Source: Camelus ferus
Lineage: Eukaryota
Length of the DNA: 64,000 bases
Direction of reading: 5' to 3'
Assembly: GCF_009834535.1 (NCBI RefSeq)
Contig: NC_045697.1
Span: 38,876,001-38,940,000 of the forward strand
How positions within the stretch are numbered: the stretch's first letter is position 1; every line of letters begins with the position of its first letter. The notes under the pieces were generated by a model, which saw only the letters and a list, made by a program, of their open reading frames with translations, was not told the origin of the DNA and ran no database searches. The position numbers and the translations under genes are program-made. Of this stretch, positions 1-12,880 are shown piece after piece.

Positions 1-930
1 AACAACCCAATTTAAAAATAGGTGAGGGATTTACATAGACATTTCTCTAAAGAAAGTATACAAGTGGCCCACAAGTACATGAAAAGATGCTCGACATCAT
101 TAGTCATTAGGAAAACGCAGATCAAAATCACAATGAGTACCACTTCATATACACTATATTTTTATTTTTTACTTTTATTTTTTAATTAAAATTTTTATTC
201 AAGTATAATTGATTTATAATACTGTGTTAGTTTCAAGTGTATACAGTATATTTTTTAAAAGTAGAGAATAACAAATGTTGACAACAATATGGAAAAATGG
301 GAATTCTCACACATTGCTGGTGTAAAATGGTGCAGCCACAGGGAACAGTTTGGCAGTTCCTCTAAAAGTTAAATATATAGTTACCATGTGACCCAAGAGT
401 GCCACTCCTAGGTGTAGACACAAGAGGAATGAAAATACACATGCACAAAAATACTTGTACATGAATGAGCATGGCAGCATTATTCACAATAGCCAAGAAG
501 TGCAAATAATACAAATACCATCAACTGATAAGTGGAAAAACAAAATGTAGTATATCCATGGAATGTTATTCAGCCATAAAAAGGAATGAAGCACTGATAC
601 ATGCTACAGCATGAATGAACCTTGAAAATCATGCTCACTGAGAAAACCTGACATAAGAGGCCATATATGATATGATTCCATTTATATGAAATGTCTGGAG
701 TAGGTAAATCTATAGATAGAAAATAGATTAATGGTTGCCAGGGGCTTGGAGGAAGGGGGAGTAGAGACTGCTAGTAGATACAGGATCTCTTTTCAAGGTG
801 ATGGAAATGTTCTGAAATTATATAGTAGTGCTGGTTGCACAACTCTGTGAATACACTAAAATCCACTGAATTGTACACTTTAAAATGGTGAATTTTATGT
901 TATGTGAATTATATCTCAATTTAAAAAAAC
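1..930 (+). mobile_element. Old L1 (L1MB/L1MC-like) 3' portion, interrupted at about 155-250 by a short antisense L1 3'-end fragment
   Basis: Degenerate ORF2 C-terminal motifs (atgaaaagatgctc...cattagtcattagg; gcagcattattcacaatagcc) and a typical 3' end tgtgaattatatctcaat with an A tail. Confidence 0.85.
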
Positions 931-1026
931 TTTGTTTAGATTACTATGACCAACAGCAATAAGTATTTATTGAATATTCTGTAGCCTGCCAAGTACCCTG
1001 CTGAGTCGGGGTTCTAGAACTTAGGT

Positions 1027-1190
1027 CAGTGGTTTTCAACCTTGATGGCACATTAAAATCACGTGGGAGCTCTTAAAAATCCTGATGCCCAGGCCAGTTA
1101 AGTCAAAATCTCTGGGGTAGGATCCAAATCTCAGTCAGTTTTAGGGCCCCCATGTAATTTCAGGGTGCAGCCAAGGATGAGAACCACCAG
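1027..1190. mobile_element. MER5-type hAT-Charlie DNA transposon
   Basis: Termini cagtggttttcaa ... tgagaaccac and internal aatcac...gggagctcttaaaaatcctgatgcccagg. Confidence 0.75.
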
Positions 1191-2022
1191 CCCGAAGCAC
1201 CATAACTCCTTAGCAAGTTGGGTTCCCTGCAGCAGTGACCACTCTCACGCCCTGTCTATCTTCTTTCCATTAACAGTAATCAGCAAAGAAAGCTGCATGG
1301 TCCCAAGTTCAGGCTCCTTATCTGAGTCAGGATGACTCCTCCATTTCTCCTAGTTTGCACTACTTTCCTTTCTGTGGGTGACTCAGAGTGTTCAGTGGTT
1401 GAAAGAGGGAATATTTTCTGCTTTACACTTTTTTTTTTTCATTTTGTGTTCGGTTGCTGTGATTCAACTGTGGGCAGAGATCATATGTTCCACTTTGGAA
1501 CAAAAGTTGGCTTTTGTCCAAATGGGTTTGCACTTTTGTCCTGAAAAACCTGGATTTTATAGTTTGTGAAGTTCTGAGCAAATAAAGATACAAGGAGCTA
1601 GAAATGTGAGGACTTTTTCGCTGGGCCTGAGTGCTTACTGTCTTTGGTATTGATCCTCTAACTGTGATACTTCGTAGTTCATTTAATGTCTTCACTCTTG
1701 GCCTCCCAGAGCCTTAGTCTGCTGCTCTAAGTCCTACGTTGCCAGCAGCTCACCATGTTGCTTTTGTGCGGCTTTCACTCTGTTTGGCAAACCTTTGTCG
1801 TCTTGGGTCCCAAACCACAGTGGTCCTAGTTAAATCCACCAACCAAAGTACTAACTTTTTTTTCATTTATCCCAGAAGCTGAAGCCAATTTGTGAAAAAG
1901 GTAGAAATGGGTGAAAAAATAGAAAGAGCCATGAAGGATCAGCAACAGCTCCTTTCGGCTACAGAAGGGCCGATGAGGTTCTAGCTAGTAACCCACCCTG
2001 GTGGTAGGTGATGGGAGTAAAT

Positions 2023-2332
2023 ACAGTTGGTGCTCTGTACTCGGGAGTTCTGTATCCGCAGATTCAACCAATCATGGGTCAAAAGATATTTGGAAAAAAA
2101 TTTTTGGAAAGTTCTCAAAAGCAAAACTTGAATTTGTCCAGTGCTCTAGCAACTATTTACACAGTATTTACATTGTATTAGGTATTATAAGTAATCTAGA
2201 GATAATATAAAATATATGGGGGATGTGCATAGATTATATGCAAATACGATGCTATTTTCTATGAGGAACTTGAGCATCCAAGCATTTTGTTATCTGCAGG
2301 GGTCTTGGAACCAATCCTCCAAGGAATAACTA
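2023..2332. mobile_element. MER2-like Tigger (TcMar) DNA transposon
   Basis: Diagnostic gattcaaccaa... and tttacattgtattaggtattataagtaatctagagat segments. Confidence 0.8.
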
Positions 2333-2589
2333 TACACAGGATCAGCTCTGGCACCACTTACAGCATTGCTGAGAGAAAACTCTAGCAGAGAGACTGAGTG
2401 GAGACTGGCAACTGCAGAAAACTTCAGGTAAGTAAGGATACAAAAAATCTCATAGGTCTGTGGAATGGAGGAAGCCCTGACAAGAAAGGACAGGGAAGTA
2501 ACAAGCAGAGGCATGTGTATCTGCCCCTTGTGACTAGTGGAAACCAGCTATCTTCCTAGGATTACACAAAGTAGAAAGCACAAGGCTTA

Positions 2590-3135
2590 AGTATAAGCTC
2601 AACAAATTTTTACATATATATACCTTTGAAACCACCAGCCAAATCAGTATTTAAAGAACATTTTCATCTTCCCAGAAAATTCTCTCTTGCCTTTCCTCAC
2701 TCAGAAGTAGCCCCTGTTCTTATTTATGTCACTGTCAATTATTTTTGCCTGTTCTTGAACTTCATATGAGTCATACAGCATTTGTGTGTAGCTTTTTTGC
2801 ATGGCATGTTTTTGAGATCCATCCATATTGTTATGTGTATCAGTAGTTTGTTCTGTTATTATTGCTGAGTAGTATTTCAGCATATAAATACGCCATAATG
2901 CTTATCCGTTCCTCTGTTGATGGACATTTGGGTTGTTTACAGTTTGGGGCTATTACAGATAAAGCTGTTATGAAGATTGGGGTACATGTCTTTTCATAGA
3001 CATACGCATTCATTTTTCCTGGGGATGTACCTAGGACTGGAATTTCTGGATCATAGGGTAGGTATATCTTTAACTTCAGTAGATACTGCCAAACAGTTTT
3101 GCAGAGGTTGTTGTATTGTTTTACACTTTCACTAA
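2590..3135 (-). mobile_element. Old L1M fragment
   Basis: Antisense L1 motifs such as gttgatggacatttgggttgttt and ggggctattacagataaagctg. Confidence 0.8.
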
Positions 3136-4193
3136 CAGTGAGGACTCCAGTGGTGGTTTTGAGATGAAAAGAAAGTCAGCAAATACCTTAACCTGGGCCA
3201 AGTTCCTGGCAGCATAAAATTTGCAAGGACCTGTGGGATATGAACTAGCAGTGCTGCCCAGCTGAGTGACGAAAGAAAAACAGTAAAAACAGAGGCTGGG
3301 GAGGGCACCTGTAACTGTCCCACCCCAGCCAGTGCCAGCAGGAAGGAAACCCTGTAGCTGTTTTGGGGTAGTTTCCTAGCATGGACATTAGCTAGTTAAA
3401 AAGGAAAGGGATTTGACAGAATGGGAGATACTGAAGTTGTTTCTAATTAACCTGTTGGAAAACAGTAATACCAAAAAAAAAAAAGCAAGGCAAGTAGCAA
3501 TGTTTCTCATGTTTACTGGGCAGGAGAGCTGATTAAAAATACAGAATCTGCATTTTCAAAGCGATACCCGAGCATTGGTGTTCCAAAAACTACTCCAAAG
3601 TATAAAAACCAAAAACCAAAACACGAAAATGGCTCTGAAACATTGCTCAGAGTTTCAGCAAGGTTTTCACATGATGTGTGCTGGGGTTAACAGCACGAAT
3701 ATTCCTGTCTCACTTTCCATCATATCACCTTGTTGACACTGACCTTTTTGACCCTTAAATGTTCCGTTGTGTATCCTTTTAAACACATCAACATTGGGAG
3801 AAAGCTTCTACCATTCACTTTGCCCCCTGGGGTTCTTCTTCCCAGTAAAACAGGGTTTAAAAGTGAGAGGTGGCTTCTTTCCTCCCTTCCCTCATTACCA
3901 AGGAGGATCATCACCATATGTAACCCTAGCCCCCTTTTAAAAGGACTTACTGTAAGTGTCAATATTGAAGCAGTGAGGAGATCTCAAAAATTACTGATAC
4001 AGCACTGCAAAGTTAAAATTATTTCAGCACATAGTAGGTACTTGATGCATGTTGAGGGGATTATATTTATTTCATTAAAAAATATATTTAGTGCCAATTA
4101 TGTGACAGGCATGATGCTAAAGCAAGGACTACCATGGTAGAAAAGACAGAGGAGATTTCTGTTTTCAAGAGGGTTTCATTCTAATGGGGAACT

Positions 4194-4600
4194 GTATTAG
4201 TCAGGGTGGGATACCTTCTCTCACAAAAACACACAAACATCTAATTCTCAGTAGCTTAGCACAATGAAAAATGGATTCTTCACAGATTTCGTCTCAGTCT
4301 GATTTGGATTGGTAAGAGGAGAGATGTTCTGCTCCATCTGGTCATTCGGGGCCTCACTCCTTCTCATTCTTTTATGCCCACAGAGCCCTTTCCATTCAGC
4401 CAGCAGATTGGAAAGAGAGATACGAGACTGCACAGGCAGTTCTCACGATCAGGGCAAGCCTGGAAGTGGCAGGCTTCACTTTACCCACGTTGCATTGACC
4501 AGGCTGAGTCATGTGGCCACACCTAACTACAGAGGAAGTTGGAAAACATAGCTGAGTACACAGAAGAGAAAGGACAGAGTTTAGTGAACAAATGGTCTAC
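4194..4600. mobile_element. MLT1-type MaLR LTR fragment
   Basis: Starts tgtattagtcaggg; contains gtcatgtggccacacctaactac...ggaagttggaaa. Confidence 0.55.
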
Positions 4601-7104
4601 TGCAGGGGTAAACAGGGAGGTGTAATCTGCTGTGAAAAGTGCTGTCGTCCAGGGAGGTAAAGTGTGCTTGATAATAGACAAGAAGGACACCTAACCCAGA
4701 CTGGGTGTGGGCAGAGGGAATATCCTAAAGGATCCGATGCCTAAGCTGGGACAGGAAAAAAATGTTCATTTCCTTCCAGAATATGGTAACTTGGCCCCTA
4801 ATGAACAATTTATTTAAATCCAAAAAACTTTTTCTTCCCCAGAGTAACCATTAGAAAATAATAAGCCATTTCCTAGGTTACTCGTGTTCTCTGCTTTAAG
4901 AAGAAATGGCATAACATGGCATGCACTGGTGGCTGACTGCTCAAAAGCCTTTCCTGCCTGCCTTCTTTGATAAGAAAATGCAGGTTTTCTTCAGCCATCA
5001 AGCAACAGTGTGTTCTAGGAAAATGGATTCTGGGAAACGGACTGTAATTAGTCTAAGGCAACCGTGGTAGTAATAGCTCACCTTTCACTCACTTGACAAA
5101 TATTTTATGTGCCCCTCTGTGCCAGTCTGTTCAAAGTGCTGTCTTTGCCAGTTATAAGCATGGGGTAGGCACATAGCCCAACTATAGACAATGAGGGGTA
5201 AGGGGAAGATTGCTGGGGGGCTTCTGGTAAAGGCTTTTCCTCCCTAAAAAAAAAAGAGATGAAAATTACGTGAAGAAAAAGCACGGGTTTTCCTTCCTTC
5301 ATCTGGATGGTGTCATGTGGGATGTGATGCTTGGAACTGGGGCGGTAATCTTGTGACCATGAGGAGAAAAAGAAGAGAATTTCAGAGAGGATGACCCAGC
5401 ACTCTGGCCTAGTTAGGTGGCCAAATTAGCCAAACCTGGAATCACCTACCTTTCTCATATGAGCAAATAGAAAGCCTGGATAAGACAATTTCAGTTGGGT
5501 GTTCAATTACTTGTAGCCAAAAGCATCCTAGCAAATATGTATAATTTTGTTGGCGTTGCTTATTTTGGATTAGAATAAGTGAATACTTTAGTAAATGGAT
5601 GAAGAATCTGATATTTTTCATTTTCTTCTCAGCTGTGTTATTTGATCATAGAGGAATTTATATCCCAGGCATCTTTATGGGAAAAGCCCTCTTCCTTGAT
5701 CTGTCTCCTCCTTTGGCTACTGCAGATCCCCTAACTGGAAGTTGACGTGTTTGGCAGCAAAGTCACATTCCCTTCTGGGCCCCCTAGCTGTGTGCCCCTT
5801 GGGGAGCGCTCCAAAATGGGGGGGGGGGTTAATGTAGGAGAGACAGCTTCTCATTTGAAGAATTGTCTTTGTTTCTACGAACTTCATAGGGAGGTTCATT
5901 CCTCCCTGCCTCCCTCAACTCCCTGCCTCCCTTTCTCTCTCTCTCTTTCACACCCTCATTCTCCCTCTCTTTCTTTTTCTTTCCTTCTTTCACTGCAGAT
6001 GCGTTGGGCTGTGAGCTGTACTCTTTGTGACCTGTAAGAGTGTTGGAGGCTCCCTGAAACTTGTTCAAACCAGAAACCTGGCAAACCCCATGTTCTAATT
6101 CAAAGCTTCCTGGCTGAACTCAGTGGAACTCCAGCTAAAAGGAATTAAGTCAGTAAGCCAGTGATATTTGAAATGAATAATGGAGATATTTGGGGATAAG
6201 CTTTAATTTTGGAATGAGTATGTCAGATAGCTTTTGCTGGAATGATTTGGCATAAAGTTGCAAATATTTAAGATGCCACTTGGCTTCTCACCATCTTGAT
6301 GCCAGTACAGGGGATATTTTTCTCACTCCCTGTGAGATTTGGGTGCTAATGCCTGTTTGCTCTGATTATTACATTGTTGATCTAAAAGATTATCATCATC
6401 CTTTCGGGACTTCTCGTCTCTGCCCATTTCTTATGTCATTGGTTATTTTGACTAATAGCTGTAAGTTGAGGAAAAAAATCATATTGGTCAGGCTACTGAC
6501 AAGAGATAGGTGGCAGCGGTAATTAGGACAGTTTAATGAAAGGACTTTACAAAGAAGTGAGGAGTATTAAGGGAAACCAACAAGAGATAGTGAAACATTG
6601 GGACTAAATGGTTCCCACCTCTAGGATTAGAGTGGGTCAAGGAGAGGGAGAGGTTACTGGAAGCTGGAGAGACTTGCAGCTGTGGAAAGAGCCTCCTGAC
6701 AGAAGCTGTGGCCTTGGCTAGAAGAAAATAGTCATGTCAAACCATGACTCCGGATGGACGTAAACTAGAAAAAAATGCCCTGACCTTTCTCTACTCTTAT
6801 CCTCTGATCTTCTGCTAGTGACTGTCATTGGCTAAACCCCAGCAGAACTTTGAGGGCAAGGGAGCATGGTTGAGGTATCTGTAATGTCATTCTCCTTGGC
6901 CACAAAGTAGAGTAGAAAAGGGTGGAGAGTGAATATGGAAGGGAAAATAGGACTATCCATCTGTGTGCCTTCATTTTCCTTGTCAATAACTTTAGAACCA
7001 GTTGCTAAGTAGGTAGATCCTAGATTCATTCTTTAATCTGTGTGTCTTGATTGCTTAGGATACAAGCTAGGCTCTACAATGAGAGATCCCCAATACTGTG
7101 ACTT

Positions 7105-7282
7105 TTTAAAACATTTCTTAGTATTTTATTTATTTATTTTTGTATTACTTATTTTGTGTTGATGAGGGGAGGTAAGTAGGTTGTTTATTTTTAGAGGAGG
7201 TACTGGGGATTGAACTCAGGACCTCGTGCATGCTAAGCATGCGCTCTACCACTTGAGCTACAACCCCCCCCCCAGCCCCCTG
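7105..7282 (-). mobile_element. tRNA-Ala-derived SINE (camelid Vic-1-like) with 15-bp TSD
   Basis: The minus strand reads ...GTAGCTCAAGTGGTAGAGCGCATGCTTAGCATGCACGAGGTCCTGAGTTCAATCCCCAGTACCTCC (A and B boxes) plus an A-rich tail. TSD ccaatactgtgactt at 7090-7104 and 7283-7297. Confidence 0.85.
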
Positions 7283-7949
7283 CCAATACTGTGACTTAAT
7301 CAATATGGAAGTTTATTTCTGTGTCAGTTCTCTTCCTGTATAGAAGTCCAGGGCTGGTGTAATGACTTGATGGTGTTGAATGCTTTGTTAGGTATTAGTT
7401 CTGCTGAAAAAGTATTTCCAGTTTTCTTCCTCTGGAAATAAGGAAGAAATGTGTTTCTCTGCCCCTTCGGGGTTAGATGTGGTCTTGCAATTTGCTTTGG
7501 TCAGTGAAATGAGTGTGAGATGTGTCGCAGAAGTATTTAGTTGCCAATGCAGGGCTCTCTTGCTCTCGTTTTCTCTTTCACTGAAATTTGTGGAAGTGCT
7601 ATTGATATGATGGACACCCGTCCTGAAAAGTTTTTCAGAGCTGCAGCGTATTTGTGGAAGTGAGAAATAAAGCATTGCTTTTAAGCCACTGAGATTGGAC
7701 GCTGGTTGTTAGTGCAGCTAAACCTGACATTTCCTGACTAATATAGAAACTCAGGCTCTTTCTGTTTTGTTGCCCTCCAGAGCCTAAGGGGTTGTTGTCA
7801 CCTACATGATCTGTGATGTCTCATTACCACAGTCACATTCTAGCTTCAGGGAAGTGGGAAGGAGACACAGGAAAGCACACTTACTCTTTTTAGGAGCGTG
7901 ACCCGGAAGTAGCACACATCACTTCACTGGCTACGTCTAGGGTTTTAGT

Positions 7950-8238
7950 TATCTATTGCTGCACGAGAAGTTATCCCAAAGCTTAGCAGATTAAAACAAC
8001 AGACATCTATTCTAGCAAACCATTCCAGCAGCAGCTTAGTTCACCAGTTGTGGCTCAGGGGCTGCAGTTATCTGACACTAGACAGGGGCTGGAGGATATA
8101 CTTCCCAACTCACTTGCATGGTTGTTGGCAAAACTCTGTCCTCACTGGCTGCTGTCAGAAGACTTTGGTTCCTTGCCATGTGGGTCTCTACACAGGGCTG
8201 CTTCACCTGGCAGCTGCCTTTCCCTAGAGCAACTGATC

Positions 8239-8297
<59 letters not shown>

Positions 8298-8475
8298 CAG
8301 AGAGAGAGAGAGAGAGACAGAGAGAGAGAAGCTACCGTGTCTTTTAGAAACTAGCTTCAGAAGTGACACATCATCATTTCTGCTTTTTTACTGGTCAGAC
8401 CGACTCTGGTTCAGGGTGTGAAGGGCCTCTGCAAATGTGTGAATGCCAGGAGGCAGAGCTCGCTGGAGGCTGGCT
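7950..8475. mobile_element. MLT1-type MaLR LTR
   Basis: ttagttatctattgctg...cccaaagcttagcagattaaaacaaca and ttccttgccatgtgggtctct motifs. Confidence 0.65.
8241..8328. repeat. (GA)n microsatellite with GACA interruptions
   Basis: Directly visible. Confidence 0.97.
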
Positions 8476-10537
8476 AAAACTTAACTCTATGAGAGGTGAG
8501 AAAATTTAGTCTTTAGCGGGGAGGCCACTCTCCTCAGATAAAACTACATGAAGCAGGAGAGAAGGGCTCAGGAGACATCCAGGGTTCCCTGCCCCAGCCC
8601 TCCCCTCTGGGAAAGGGGACATAAACATGCACGTGGCATCTTCTTCTCATCCATGAGCACACATTCCGCATCCTGAAAAGACTCTGCTTCTGGATTGTGG
8701 CTCCTCGGCTATGCCCTAAGGTTTCTTATCCTTAGTGTCACTCTCCCCAGAAACTTGCCTTCCCTACCCCCAGACAATGCCAAATTTCCAAGCAAAACGC
8801 TTTTTAAAAAAGGAATGGAGAGAGGGAGCTTCCATCTGGAAGAAAGAAAATCCTTCTGCATGGCGAATCTGGAACTCCAAAGATGAGTCATATGAACTAT
8901 GAGTCAGATTGTCATCGTAGTTAAGTAGTTGGATGAGTTACATAAACTGAGATTCAAGCCCAATGTTTCTCATAGCTTTCTAAGTTTAAGTGGTAAACTC
9001 TTACTAGAAGGCACACTGAAATTTCTGCTTACAGAAGTACATTCCCCATGCAGCAGTGTGGGAATGTTTGTAAGAACACAGCTGATCATGAAGGCGAAGG
9101 GAGAAGCTCTCTAGAAACCTCTGCTTCCTCATGCCCACAGTTGTCCATAGAGACCACACCACTGAAGCACCAGGCTTCATAAAACCAAGAAATCTTCTCC
9201 TGCCTTGTCAATCCAGGCAGTGGCCAATGTCCCACATCCCTGCCTGACTTATGTGCACGTCACTCTACCTCTTAGTATGTTCACTGTGGGAAAAGAGTAT
9301 GAACTTTTCAATTATTCTTCTTACTGCCATTATTTTTGCTGGTTACTTTGGCATTGAGTGTGGGCAGGGATACATTTGAAACAGTTGGTGTGAGGTTTTG
9401 AAAATGACCATTTAGTGGGCAGTGGACTATGTGGAACAAGATTTCTACACGGAGATGGACGGGGTTGAGTAGCAAAATGTCCCCAAGAAGGTAACAAATC
9501 ATATCTACCCTACATTTGGACTTAATTCAAAAAAAAATGTACTTAATGTCCTTAAATTATCTACTTGTCAGCGGTCATCTTTCCCTTTAATATGTAAAAA
9601 TAATCTTTTTCTCAAGTCCCCATCAACTGAGAAATGTCTGGTACTCTGTCCAGTTATTTTCAAGGTCTGTTGGCTTGTGGATTCCTGGCTCTTTTACTCT
9701 AATTCCTGGATTCTTAATTCCCCTAGTGGCCAATATTCCTCTGTCCATGCACTCCTCTCTTCCTTTCTTTACTTTGCCATTAGTCAGGACTCTTGCTGTA
9801 AATGACAGATCACACCAAGAAGGGAATTCAGTAGTTCACAGAGCTGGGAAGGGTCGGGTCACCCAAGGGAAGAATGGACCTGGCCTCCCTCTCTCTCTCT
9901 CTCTCTCTCTCTTTCTAACTTCCATCTCTGCCTGGCTTCATTCTCTCGTATCGAAGAGTACCCTTCTCTATGTGGCTGGTGGACGGCTGCCTGCAACCCC
10001 AGGCCTCCATCCTCACCACTCTCCATGCGCAAGGATAATGGAGAACTACCCTTCCAGGTCCAACTGGGAAAACTCTGGTGAGGGACTTTGATTGGCCCAG
10101 CTTAGGTCAAGGTCCCATACCTTGGTTCAGTCCCTGTGTGGGAACGTACATGGCTCAGTGATTGGCCAGCCTGGGTCCTCTGCGTAGGAGGGGGAATCTG
10201 GGACATTGTGGTTAACTGCTCTACTGGGACCATGTGAAGTGGGAGGGGTTTCCCAAATGTAGAGGGGTGCTGTTACCCCCCTACAAGAAGAGAGCGGACA
10301 GAAACAAGCGCTGCTGCATCCACTGTGTGACACAAACAGCTCAAGCAGCTGCTTCCCTGGCCCCGAAGCGTCGCCAGTGCAAGGCCATTTTGGGCAAAAG
10401 CGCTTTCCTAAAGACAGAGGCTAACCAAGAGCAGTGACAGGATGGCGACAGCAGGCCCGGCACCAGACAGGTGTTAATTATTTGACATTCTATTTTATTT
10501 TAAAGACCTGAACTCCATGATGGCTTTCACAGAAAGG

Positions 10538-10650
10538 TTTTTTTTTTTTTATCATTATTATTATTATTTTTTTAAATGGAGGTACTGGGAGTTGAACCCA
10601 GGACCTCATGCCTGCTAAGCAGGCGCTCCACCACTGAGCTATACTCTCCT
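10538..10650 (-). mobile_element. tRNA-Ala-derived SINE (Vic-1-like)
   Basis: ggaggtactgggagttgaacccaggacctcatgcctgctaagcaggcgctccaccactgagctata, preceded by a poly-T/ATT tail. Confidence 0.85.
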
Positions 10651-10973
10651 TCCTGAATATTTCATATTTTAAACTCCCTGAGGCAACTCCACCAGCCTTC
10701 TAGGTCAGCTGACAAGCTGCTGGAGCCAGCGCCCTCACCACATCATTCTCCTCCACCTCTCCTCCCAGTGCCTGAGGGGCCCAGGTAGCCTCCTACCTGG
10801 GCATCCATAAGACATGGTCCTAAATTCCTGCTACTTTCTTATGCACAGCCACTGAATTCTTCCTTTTTTTTCTCCTTCTAGGCCTACATTTCATAGCCAA
10901 GAAAATTCATCAAGGTGTTTTCATAAACAAAAGAGCAAATTCTCTCCCTAGGAAGAACCCTTCTAAGAATGTT

Positions 10974-11940
10974 GTGATATTGTGACTTATAATAAGAAAT
11001 ATATATTTGATCTTCATCTTGCTCCTGGCTTGCAGCTCCTAAAACCCTTGTAATTTTCTAAGTGATAAGAATAACATGAGCATCTTTTGTTATAGTATTT
11101 GGTCTTTTGTCCTCAAATAGCTCCAATTCCTGAAATAGCGCCAGAGTGATAAAGGTGAAGGGAGTGTCTTGTTATTCACAGCAATCACACCTGAGTTTGT
11201 GTTGAGGCCGTGGTTTTTGGAAAGCCCCTAGATAACCACAGGATGGAGGCTGGTTGCCAGGGGAACCAGCGATTAGGAAGTTGAAACTTTTAGCCCCACC
11301 TCTCCACCCCCCACCACCAGGAAGGGGAGAGGGGCTGGGGATTGCGTTTAATCGTAAATGGCCAACGGTTTAATCAGCTGTGCCTACATAATGAGGCCTC
11401 CATAAAAAACCCCTTAGTACAGGGTTCAGAGAGCTTCTGGGTTGGTGAACACATGGAGGTGCTGGGAGGGTGGTGCGCTCAGAGAGGGCGTGGAAGCTCC
11501 ACATCCTTCCCCCATACCTTGCCCCGTGCATCTGTTCCATCTGGCTGTTCCTGTGTTACATCCTTTTTAATAAACTGGTAGTGTGGTAAGTAAACTGTTT
11601 TCCCGAGTTCTGTGAGCTGCTCTGGCAAATCAGCCCCGCCCGAGAAGAGGGTCATGGAAACCTCCGGTTTACGGCCAATCAATCAGAAATGTAGGTAACA
11701 GCCTGGGCTTGCAATGGGCATCTGCAGAAGGGGGCAATCTGATGGGACAGAGCCCTTAACCTGTGGGATCTGATGCTGACTCCAGGGAGACAGTGTCAGA
11801 GCTGAGCTGAATTGTAGGGCACCCAACGGGTGTCACAGAATTGCTGTGTGTGTGGGAAAAATGCCGCATATCCGGTGTCAGAAGTGAAATATTCTGAGTA
11901 GAGTCTGGTAGTAGAGAAAAATAAGAATTTTTGCCTTACA
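10974..11940. mobile_element. MER21-like ERV LTR (solo)
   Basis: Starts tgtgatattgtgacttataataagaaatatatatttg; contains cagagagcttctgggttggtgaacacatggaggtgctgggagggtgg and aacctgtgggatctgatgct. Confidence 0.8.
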
Positions 11941-12659
11941 CATCCTCTCAGAGCAATGGTTCAAACTGCAGCTACCTGCTAACATGGTTTCTTCTGCCTA
12001 TTCTGTGTGTATTTATGCACTGAAAACATGCCTCCCCCAATAATATTAAGGTTAATATTAGGGTTACCTCAGCATGGTGGGAGCATGGTTAATTTTTATG
12101 GGTTTTGTTGTTTTTATTGTGTTTTGTTTGGTTGGTTTTTGCTTACCTCTGTTTCTACAATTAACCAATGAAAGTGGTGCCACTGAAGGAGAAAAGGAGA
12201 GAGCCTGCTGCCTCTGTACCTTTTAGCAAGAAACAAAACTCTTCCCCAAAGTCTTCTACCCCTGAGCCACCCCCCACCCCCCCTGCTTCAACCTAAACTC
12301 ATTGGCCAGACTGTGTCACGTGACCACCAGAGCCTGACGTGGGGATGGAAAAGGGAGTAGTAGTTCGGTTTTCCAGCCTCAGTAGAGAGAGGCAACAGAG
12401 AGAGGGGTTGGGAATAATTATCAGGCTGAGCAACCAACAGTGTCCGCAGCAGAACTAAGACACAGTGAAAACAGAGGGGGCCGTGCAGAGTGTTCTCAGT
12501 CTGGTGTGGTGTTACACTTTGCTCTGTGACCCTGGGGGTCCAGAAGAGACTCCTGACAATATAACTTAGAGCTCTGGGTTCTCGTTAAGATTTCTCTCTG
12601 CTGTCAAAATAACCTTGCCCCATCTTCATTAGTACTTTGTGGCAATAGTAATTTTTTTT

Positions 12660-12880
12660 TTAATTTCAGTAATATGTTTTATTTACCCCATATAGCCAAA
12701 ATACTATGATTTCAACATGCAATCAATAGAAAAATTATTAATGCAGTATCTTAGATTTTCTTTTTTCATAAGGCTCTGATATCTGTATTTTGCATTTACA
12801 ACACATCTCAGTTTGGACTAGCCACATTTCAAGTGTTCACCAGCCACAGGCGGCTAGTGGCTACCAAGCTGGACTGCACT
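12660..12880. mobile_element. MER3/MER33-like hAT-Charlie DNA transposon fragment
   Basis: tagccacatttcaagtgttcaccagccacaggcggctagtggctacc terminus. Confidence 0.7.

Noticed and set aside
1855..1984. Acceptor-like site and short frames, possibly a terminal exon of a neighbouring plus-strand gene such as THEGL
   Set aside because: No reading frame resembles a protein I recognise; unsupported.
7190..7275. tRNA-Ala gene
   Set aside because: It has an A-rich tail, TSD and diverged sibling copies, so it is a SINE rather than a tRNA gene.
8050..8421. ORFs with ER/SL repeats
   Set aside because: These are translations of the (GA)n microsatellite inside an LTR.
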